64,000 bases of DNA from Chiloscyllium plagiosum (Eukaryota), in the NCBI RefSeq assembly GCF_004010195.1, contig NC_057720.1, forward strand, positions 35,851,345-35,915,344. The letters are read 5' to 3'. The notes beneath the pieces are model-generated. The model saw only the letters and a list, made by a program, of their open reading frames with translations, was not told the DNA's origin and ran no database searches. A program made the position numbers and the translations under genes. This document shows, in pieces, positions 54,759 through 64,000 of the stretch (positions are counted from its first letter, which is position 1; each line of letters opens with the position of its first letter).

Positions 54759-55122
54759 GTTGTTGTGGTTCTGTTCGCCGAGCTGGGAATTTGTGTTGCA
54801 GACGTTTTGTCCCCTGACTAGGTGACATCCTCAGTGCTTGGGAGCCTCCTGGGGAGCGCTTCTATGATGTTTTCTCCGGCATTTGTAGTGGTTTGCATCT
54901 GCTGCTTCCAGTTGTCAGTTCCAGCTGTCCGCTGCAGTGGTCGGTATATTGGGTCCAGGTCGATGTGTTTATTGATTGAATCTGTGCATGAATGCCATGC
55001 CTCTAGGAATTCCCTGGCTGTTCTGTTTGGCTTGTCCTATAATAGTAGTGTTGTCCCAGTCGAATTCATGTTGCTTGTCATCTGCGTGTGTGGCTACTAA
55101 GGATAGCTGGTCGTGTCGTTTT
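54759..55122 (-). mobile_element. Penelope/Poseidon-type PLE 3' fragment with pLTR and hammerhead motif (54798-54837)
   Basis: Minus frame KRHDQLSLVATHADDKQHEFDWDNTTIIGQAKQ; gca-CTGAGGA-t-gtcacc-tagtca-ggggac-AAAAC-GTC-tgc. Confidence 0.85.
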
Positions 55123-55214
55123 GTGAATCTATTCCAATCTATTACCCCGGTATTTGTCACACTTAGTCTTTAAAATAATAAGTTGAAATAAATAAACTTG
55201 GTTTATGCTCATTA

Positions 55215-56035
55215 TTGTCTAGATGTTCCTCATGGTAGGCTGGTCTAGATGATTATTTCACATGCGATCCATGGTGAGCTTGTAAGTTAGATACAAAATG
55301 GCTTGGTTATAGAAGTCAGAGGGGTGTTTTTCTGACTGGAGATCTATGACCAATGGTGTTCCACAAGGATCAGTGTTGGGAAGTCTGTTGTTTGTACCAT
55401 GTATAAATGAGATAGATGAAAAATGTAGATGGTCTGATTTTAGTAGGTTTGCACATGATATGAAAATTGGTGTAGTTGTGGATAATGAAGAAGTTTGTCA
55501 AAGGATACATCAGGATAGTGATCAGTTGGAAAGTTGGGCGGAGAAATGGCAGATGGAGTTTAATCCAGGCAGGATACATTTTAAGAAATGAAATGCAAAA
55601 GCAAGTGTATACTAAATGGTGGGACCCTTAGGAGCACTGATATACAGAGGGATCTTGAGGTCCAAATCCATAGCTCCCTGAAAGTGGCAACAAAAGTGGA
55701 CTGGTAAAGGTGATTTATGGCATGCTTGCCTTCAGCAGTTGTGGCATTGAGTATAAATGTAGGCAATTTGTGTTGCAGCTATATAAGACTTTAGTTAAGC
55801 CACATTTGGAGAATTGCATGCAATTCTACTTGTCACACTATAGGAAGAACGTGGAAGCTTTGGAGCAGAAGCAAAATGTTACCGGGATGTTGCCTATATT
55901 AGCGATGAGGGGAGGTTGGACAAATTTGTTTTCACTAGTGTTGGAGGCTGACGGGCAACTTGATAGAAGTATCTAAACTTATAAGAGATATTGATAAGGT
56001 GGATAGTTGGAATCTTTTTCCCAGGGTGGAAATAT
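55215..56035 (+). mobile_element. CR1 LINE RT/3' fragment
   Basis: [14 protein letters not shown]...WAEKWQMEFNP...LYKTLVKPHLENCMQF. Confidence 0.88.
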
Positions 56036-56510
56036 AGAATCATAGAGTACAGAAGAGGCTCATTGAATCTGCACCAGTATCTGAGAAAGACCTCATCTTC
56101 AACTTAATCCCATTTACCAGCATTTACCTCATAGTCTTGAGTATTATACCATGTTCTCATTCAGGTACTTTTTAAAGAATGTGAGGCAATTTGCTTCTAT
56201 CACCTGTCTGGCAGCGCATTCCGGAATATCACCACCCTCTGGGTAAAAAAGCTTCTCCTCACATTTCCCGCTAAACCTCCTGCCCTTAGCTTGAACCCGT
56301 CTCCCCACGTGACTGACCTTTCAACCAAGGGAACAGTTGCTCCTGACCATGTCTCTCATAACCTCTTAGTCTTCTCTGCTCCAATGCAAACATCCAGCCT
56401 ATCCAACTCTTTCCTCAAACTTAAATTTTCCATCACAGGCAGCTTCCTGATGCATCTCCTCTGCACCCTCTCCAGTACAATCACATCTTTTGTGTAATGT
56501 GGCACAATGC
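56036..56510 (-). mobile_element. CR1 LINE 3' end, tail-to-tail with the previous fragment
   Basis: Starts agaatcatagagtacag; caccaccctctgggtaaaaaa and catctcctctgcaccctctccag motifs. Confidence 0.75.
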
Positions 56511-56544
56511 TATCATTACTTCCTTGCTTTTGCTAATCATCATG

Positions 56545-56888
56545 GGTCAGCACTGCTGGCTCGCAGTGCCAGAGACCTGGGTTCATTTCCACTCTTCGGC
56601 AACTGTCTGTATGGAGTTTGCAATTCTCCCTGTGTCTGCGTGGGCTTCCTCCGGGTGCTCTGGTTTCCTCCCACAGTCCAAAGATATGCAGGTTAAATGG
56701 ATTAGCCATGCCAAATTTACCCATAGTGTCTAGGAGTGTGCAGGCTTGGCGAATCAGTCATGGGAGGTGCAGAATTCCAGTGATGGGGGTGGTGGCGGTT
56801 TGGGTCCTGATGGGATGCATTTTGGAGGGTCAGTGTCAACTCGATTGAGTGAGTGGCTTGTTTCCACACTGTAGGGATTCTGTGATGA
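56545..56888 (+). mobile_element. HE1-type V-SINE (older copy)
   Basis: cagcactgct...gggttcatttcc...ggtttcctcccacagtccaaagat...gtttccacactgtagggattc. Confidence 0.88.
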
Positions 56889-57119
56889 TAAGTCATCAAT
56901 ATATGTTGTGAACTGCTGTCCCAGCTCTTATTCCTGTAGAATTCCACTGGCCATAAGTTGCCAACCTGAAAAGAATCCCTACCATCCCATGAGCCAATTC
57001 TTGATTCAGGCCATTATGCTCCCTCCAGCGTTGTGGTCGTTCATGCCTTACCTTTTGTGAGGTATCCTTTTGTCGAGCACCTTCTGGAAGTCCAAATATA
57101 ACATGTTTGGACTCTACAG

Positions 57120-59450
57120 TCTCGTAGCTTCAGGTTACATGTGGACAAGGAAGCTTCCTGCTGATTACCATGTATTGTCCTCCGTCAACTGATGAATCGT
57201 ACACCTCCCATGTTGAACTGCATTTGGAGGAAGCATTAAGGAAAGCAAGGGCACAAACGTACTCTGGGTGGGGATTTCAATGTCCGCCCCCAAGAGTGGC
57301 TCAGCAGCAGTACTACTGTTCGAACTGGTCAGGTCATAAAGAACATAGCTGCTAGACTGGGTCAGTGGCAGGTGGTGAGGGAACCAATAAGAGGGAAAAA
57401 CATACTTGACCTCATCCTTACAAATCTGCCAGCTGCAGATGTATCCGTCCATGAGTGTATCAGTAAGAGCGACCAACGTGCAGTCCTTGTGGAGACGAAG
57501 TCCCACCTTCACATGGAGAATAACCTCCATTGTGTTGTGTGGCACTATCACTGTGCTAAATGGGACAGATGTCAAACAGATCTAGGATCTCAAGACATCC
57601 ATGAGATACTGTGGGCCATCAACAGCAGAACTGTACTCCAGCACAATCTATAACCTTACAGCCTGGCGTATCCCCTGCTCAACCATTACCATTAACCCAC
57701 GCGATCAACTGTGTCAATGGCGAATGCAGTGGGGCATGCCAGGGTAGCACCAGGCATACCTAAAAATGAGGTGTCAACCTGGTGAAGCTACCAAACAGGA
57801 CTACTTGTATTCTAAACAGCATATGCAGGAAGTGATAGAGCAAAGCCAGGTCACAACCAACCGATCAGATCTAAGCTCTAGCAGTCCTGCCACATCTAGG
57901 TGTAAATGGTGGTGGACAATTAAATAATCCACTAGAGGAGGAGGTTCCACAAATACTCCCATCCTCAATGATGGAACACCCCAGTACATTAGTGCACAAG
58001 ATAAAGCTGGAGGTCTGCAGCAATCTTCAGCCAGAAGTGCCGAGTAGATGATCCATCTTGGCCTCCTCCAAACAACTCCAGCATTACAGATACCAGTCTT
58101 CAAACACTCCACATGATATCAATAAACTCATGGAGACAGTAAATACTGCAAAGGCTATGGGCCCTGACAACATTCTGGCAATAGTCCTAAAGACCAATGC
58201 TCCAGAATTTGCGCTCCCCTCTTCAAGCTGTTCCAGTACAGTTACAACATTGGCATCTATCTGACCATGTGGAAAATTGACCAGGTTGATCCAACATAAA
58301 AAGCACAACAAATCAAACTTGGCCAATTATTGTTCCATCTTGATATCAGGGCTGCATTCAACCGAGTGTGGCGTCAAGGAGCCCAAGCAAAACTGGAATC
58401 AATGGATATCAGGGGTAAACTATCCATGGTTGGAATTATACCTGACACACAGGAGGATGGTTGTGGTTGTTGGAGGTCAGTCATCTCAGCTCCAAGACAT
58501 CTCTACAAGAGTTCCTCAGGGTAGTGTCCTAGGCCCAACCATCTTCAGCTGTTTCATCTATGACCTCCCCTTAATCATAAAGTCAGAAGTGAGATGTTTG
58601 CCTTATGATTACACAATGTTCAGTGCTATGATGATTCCTCAGATACCGAAGCAGTCCATCAAATGCAACAAGATCCAGGCTTGGGCTGACAAGTGGCAAG
58701 TAACATGTGTGTCACACATGCCAGGCTATGACCATCATCAATAAGAGACAATCTCACCTCCACCTCATGTAATTCAGTGGTGTTATCATCACGGAATCCC
58801 CCTTTATCAACATCCTGGAAGTTATCATTGACCAGAAGCTCAACTGAACTCGACATATAACACACAGTGGCTACAAAAGCAAGTTAGAGGATAGGAATAC
58901 TGCGGTAAGTAACTCACCACCAGATTCTCTAAAGCCTGTCCACCATCTACAAGGTACAAGTCAGGAGTGTGATGGAATACTCCCCACTTGCCTGGATGAA
59001 TGCAGTTCCAATAACAACGGTCAAGAAGCTTGATATCGTCCAGGACAACGAGCCCACTTGATTGGCACAAGCATTCATTCCTTCCACCTCCAACATTCAG
59101 TAGCAACGCATGTATTATCTACAAGATGCACTGCAGAAAGTCACCAAAAAGCCTCCGACACTACCTTCCAAACCCATGACTATTTCCGCCTGGAAGGACA
59201 AATGCAGCAGATATATGGGAACTCCTTCAACTTCCCCTCCAAGCCACTCAGTATTCTGATTTGGAAATATGTTACTGTTCCTTCACTGTCGCTAGATCAT
59301 AATCCTGGATTTCCCTCCCTAAGGACATTATGGGTCTACCCACAGCAGGTGGACTGCAACGGTTCAAGAAGTCAGCTCAAGGGCAACTAGGGACGAGCAA
59401 TAAATGATGGCCAGCCAGCGATGCCCACATTGCACAAATTAATGAAAAAT
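57120..59450 (+). mobile_element. CR1/L2-group LINE ORF2 relic (APE endonuclease + RT, internally deleted)
   Basis: [70 protein letters not shown]; 3' end gggcaactagggacgagcaataaatgatggcc. Confidence 0.9.
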
Positions 59451-60929
59451 TAGCTCAACCGACGGCACTTGTATCCATTAACACATTTTTTAAAAAAACT
59501 AAACTACTAATTATCATTAAAAAAGACTCCTCTAGTGCGCTAATGTTCTTCAGTGAACGAACTACTTTTCTGGTCAGAGCTAAATGTGACCACAGAGCCA
59601 TGTGATTGACTCTTATTTGCCCTCCTGAAATCACCTAACATGGTATACTGTCTCACCACTATCTGCTCAAAGGCAATTAGGGATGGGCAATAAATAATGA
59701 TGGTCATGCCAGGGGCGTTCATATCTAACGAACAAATAAAGAATAACAGGATATGAATACCATTTGCTCATTCTGTCTGCATATATCAACTGATTAGTGA
59801 ATTCTAGGATGGTCAAAATCTCCATGATGTGCTTTACTTCCATAATTTGCATATTTTACATCTTTCTTCACCTCCCTATTATTAGGTGGTCTGTTGGCTA
59901 CATCAATAAGTATGATTTAATAATTTATTATTTTTGTATCTTCATCCAATCTTACTGATGGTTCCATCACTTTTTCTGCTGCCATTATGTATCTCTATTA
60001 AATGTAATTACTTCGTCTCCATTTTTCTCCTCCCCTATGTTTTTCTAAGTCCTATTTGATCTTGTGTTCATTTTCCAGTCATAAATTTTCTGTAGTTATG
60101 TTTCACTAATCTCCACTATATTCAATTCCTCATTATTATTATTTCCACTTTTGCTGCTTTGTTATGACCTGTTCAGTTCAACTCGGTTTTAGTGATAGTT
60201 CATTGAAACTTTCTTTTTAAACGCCTTTTCTGTAACTCTCTTGTCCCTACTTTTGTTTGTCCATTGTTGGACCTTCCATTTTCGTTAATTTTATGTTTGT
60301 TTAATTTCTTATAGATTTCTCTTTATCACCCCAAACCCATTGTATTAATTTAAAACCTCTGCCGCATCTAGATTTGCCCTTTACAGTGGTACATCAGTTA
60401 CATTTCCATTTCCTGTCACCATACTGTGCCAGTATCCCAGGCAGAGAAGCCTCTTAAGGGATGGAAGGGCAAATCTAGAGAACATAATAAAAACATCTAA
60501 CCAAAAGAAGATCTTTTAACAGCTGTTCACTAGGCATCTGAGCTGATGTTTCCACAAGATTAACCCTTACCTGTTGGCAGGAAATCTGTGATTTTAAAAA
60601 AAAATCTGTGAACTGTATAACAGCTGTACCTGGAACTGTACTATCTAATTCTTACTTAAAATCCTTGCTGTTCCTGGCACCATTTATTACTTTTGGCAGA
60701 CCGCTTTCAACTGACTAAAATTTAAGGGAGATGATATTCAGAAAACAAATACTTTAATTAGCCTTCCTTTCGTTTTCTTCTGTGGAATTTACATAATTCA
60801 TATACTGTATTTTAAGTATGTAAATTAGGAAGGTGGGGGTGAAGTAATGGGGAGAAATCCACAAGAAATCAAGTAATTTTGAGCATGTATAACAGGAAAG
60901 GTGGAGTTTGCAGCTTGTTTTAATATCAC

Positions 60930-62235
60930 AAATTTGGTAATCTAGAGTCCCAGGCTATTATCCTAGGGACATGGATTATAAAATCTGGAATTTTAAAAAA
61001 AACTGTTTTAGTGGTGGTCAAATAATATTGTCAATTGTTGAAAAACCCCATCTGCGTCACTAATATCCTTTATGGAAGAAAATCTGCTACCCTTTGTGAT
61101 CTAGAATGGTCATTGAATAATCACAGAAGTGTGATCGACTCTCATCTGAAATTGCCTAGCAAGCCACTCAGTTGCTCCAGAACTAGCCGTGCTCTTAGCC
61201 GAACTGATCCAGCACAACTACAACACTGGCATATACCGAACAATGATGAAAGCTACCTAGATGTATTCTGTGCACAAAAAGCAGGACAAATAGACCAGCC
61301 AATTATTGCTCATCGGTTTATTCTTGATCATAAGTGCTTGGAAGTGTCGTCAGTAGTGCTATCACTCTTTGATTCCTTGCATAGGTTCTGCTAAGGCCAC
61401 ACAACACCTGACCTCATTGCAACCTTGGCTGAAGCATGGAAGAAAGAGTAGAACTGCACCCTTGAGGTGAAAGTGATATCAAGACAACATTTGAGCACGT
61501 GTGGCATCAAGGATCCCTCGCAAAATTGGAGTCAAGGGGAATTTCAGGAAGTCTCTCTGCTAGTTGGAGTCACGCCTATCACAAACGAAGATGTATTGAT
61601 TCTTGGAGCTCAATCATTTCAGTCCAAAATGATCACTGCAAGAGTTCCTCCAAATACTTCCTAATCAACCAGTTCAGAAATATTATTTCACACTTTTGCA
61701 GCAGGTGAGACTTGAAACCGGGCCGCCAGGCCTTGGGGTTGGGATATTTATTGCTGCCACAAAAACCCTCATTCCTTGTACTAGACCCAACTATGTTCAA
61801 CTGCGTCAATGGCCTTCCCTCTAAAATAAGATCAGAACTGGAGATGTCCACTGATGGGTTGCAATGCTCAGGACAATTCACAATTCTTCAGTTACTGTCG
61901 CAGACTGTGTCCTGACAATGTCCAGGTTTAGGCTGATAAATGGCAAGTCATATTTGCACCACTTAAGTACCAGTCAATGACCATGACCAATCATCATCAT
62001 CAATGGCATTATTATCACTGCTTGACAATCAATGGCATTATCATTACTGAATCCCCCTCTATCAACATCCTGGGCGATATATTTAATCATGAATACTATG
62101 GTTGCAAGATCAGGTCATAGGGTAGGAATTCAAGTGTTCAAGAAGACAGCTTCTCACCTCCACCTTCTCCAGACGTCTTAGGAATGGATAATAAATGCTG
62201 ATAGCATCGGCATTGCCTTAATGTTGTAAACAAAT
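60930..62235 (+). mobile_element. Highly fragmented copy of the same CR1/L2-group LINE
   Basis: gtgtggcatcaagga, caactatgttcaactgc, ggctgataaatggcaagt and ataataaatgctg remnants. Confidence 0.65.
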
Positions 62236-63186
62236 TTAAAAAAAAAAAGGCTGCATAGCACAGACAAAAATAAGAAAGAATCTTGCTAAGGACTGAAGAG
62301 AGTTTAGAAAGTAATGTAAAAAGGATTATGTATTACTCATATAACACAATGTTGCAACTTGAATTTCCTGGATTTTTCATTTTGAACTGTACATCACTGC
62401 CAATGTAGTTGTTCAAAAAGCTTTGTGTTGCTGTTTATTTTGTTCAGTAACGCTGGAGACATGGTGCAGAGTGGAACTGTTTGTTGGACTGGGGTCCGGC
62501 ACGGGCGACCAGTGGCTTGCTGAGCCGGTCAGACCACCTGTGGAAGCCTCTGCTCTGATCTACTGCAATGTAATGCTTATCTGTAATCTGTTTCTTTGAC
62601 TGCAATGTTTACCCTTCAACTGTGTCTTATTTCTAACTTTATACTATGAATCACTGTAAAGTGATGCAATTTTTTTCTTCTTTGTTCCTCTTTTGTACTT
62701 AAGATTTGTTCCTAGGTACTTTGTTTTTAAGATGGCGCCATGACAGGCGACATTGTAAACTTTTCACTCTATTCCTGTAAATCTATACTTGAGTACACAT
62801 GACAATAAAACTTAATTTTAATCCTACCAGTTTAGTAATATTTCCTGAACTTGTTAACTTCACTTTTGTGTGGGTCGCAAATCCAGGAGGAATATTTGTC
62901 AAGGATCACAAATGGGTATCTTTGTTAATCTTCTAGCTTGGAGTAAGAGAGGAAGAATGGAATACGTTCCCTGAAAAAAAAAATTGTTATCCAAAAATTT
63001 TGTGATGTAAACTAACACATAATCAATAAGCTTTCTAAAGGTCCAGAACAGTTGTCAATTGAATATATAACTTTTTCTTTTGAATGTTTGGAGTAGTTTA
63101 ACATGTTGCCTTCACACTGTTATACAAATCTTCAAGCTACTTCATGGTATCCTAATGTTCTGGTTTTTTGTATTGATTTGTTGCAG

Positions 63187-63481
63187 AAATCCAATGCTGC
63201 AGTTTATCCCTTGGATTAGACGTGCCAATCTTCTTCTTATTTTGCACACAAGTTCTGGATTGGGACGGTCTTCAGTACTTCTGTCTTCTGAGAGAACAAG
63301 TGCAGAATTGGTTTCTAACAGCAAGTGGTACTCAGACGTTCATTCACCTACTCTGTGTGTTGATAATATGGCTTCAGTACAGCAACCACCATCCAGACAA
63401 TCATTCCATCCACAAACTTACCATAATTTTTTGGTTTTGGACTTTGAAGCAACCTGTGATAAACAATTAATAAAGCCTCAG
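63187..63481 (+). CDS. ERI3: Exon of ERI1 exoribonuclease family member 3 (DEDDh Exo I motif); candidate start ATG at 63194
   Basis: Open frame ending SFHPQTYHNFLVLDFEATCDKQLIKPQ|gtattt matches recalled human ERI3 SFPPQRYHYFLVLDFEATCDKPQIHPQ, with the same phase-0 exon end. Acceptor ttgttgcag| at 63186 is the best candidate, so the 5' boundary is less certain than the 3'. Confidence 0.88.
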
Positions 63482-63624
63482 GTATTTTTTCTGGTCATAC
63501 TTCTAGAAATTATTTTACTAATTCAAAAATATTTATATGGTGGGTATTTATAAGTGTCTGTATCAGCCAAATATTAACTTAATTGTCCCCAAACATCATA
63601 TTGATTCAGGATTATGAATATAAG

Positions 63625-63795
63625 AATAAAACAAAGGACTGCAGATGCTGGAAATCTGAAACAAAACACAGTGCTGGAGAAACTCAGCAGGACTGGCAGC
63701 AGCTGTAGAGAGAAAAACCAAGTTTACATTTGGAATTCAGTGACTTTTCACCAGTTCTGAATATTTCTGCTGAGTTTCTCCAGCACTTTTTTTAG
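63625..63795. mobile_element. Fold-back mini PLE insertion in ERI3 intron
   Basis: ggactgcagatgctggaaatctg...agtgctggagaaactcagcag / ctgctgagtttctccagcact inverted arms. Confidence 0.7.
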
Positions 63796-64000
63796 TTTCT
63801 GAATCCAGAAAAGTTGGTTTAGATTTATATGCCCAATTTGCAGAAATGCAACGTTACAATCCTTGAAGTCAAATAAAGATGTACTTGATGGAGCAATGAT
63901 CTGCTTCTAGACGCCTTCTGTAAATATGATTTGGAGGTGCTAGTGTTGGACTGGGGTGGACAAATTAAAGATCACAACGCCAGATTATAGTCCAACAGAT

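Noticed and set aside
62450..62815. GC-richer patch as ERI3 promoter or first exon
   Set aside because: Too short for a CpG island, and it ends in a Rex1-like 3' tail (cacatgacaataaa); more likely a repeat fragment.
63930..64000. Start of another probable PLE pLTR
   Set aside because: Truncated by the window edge before any diagnostic motif.
1..64000. CRISPR arrays, operons, rRNA, other RNF220 exons
   Set aside because: Eukaryotic DNA with no regularly spaced repeats or rRNA similarity. Neighbouring RNF220 exons were looked for by eye and not found, though short exons could have been missed.

Overview
Repeat-rich, AT-rich vertebrate genomic DNA from a cartilaginous fish (HE1-type V-SINEs and HER1/CR1 LINEs point to a shark; an orectolobiform such as a bamboo shark is a guess). 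Almost all ORFs in the track are decayed transposon fragments or noise. I recognise two host exons, both on the + strand: a 96-nt internal exon of RNF220 (24560-24655) and the exon of ERI3 carrying the first DEDDh motif (about 63187-63481). An exactly 500-N scaffold gap lies between them. The rest is intron/intergenic sequence containing SINEs, CR1/L2/Rex1 LINE pieces, a decayed two-LTR Gypsy provirus, Harbinger relics and many Penelope-like element (PLE) insertions. The most striking non-coding pattern is a set of PLE-derived insertions from 53 bp to 2.1 kb, from several subfamilies. Many share one architecture: fold-back arms, a ~35-40-nt unpaired tail on one arm, 10-15-bp AT-rich target duplications, and a minimal type-I hammerhead ribozyme core near the inversion point. 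Repeat boundaries were read by eye and are approximate unless a TSD or splice site is quoted. Protein identifications rest on recalled sequences, not database searches.
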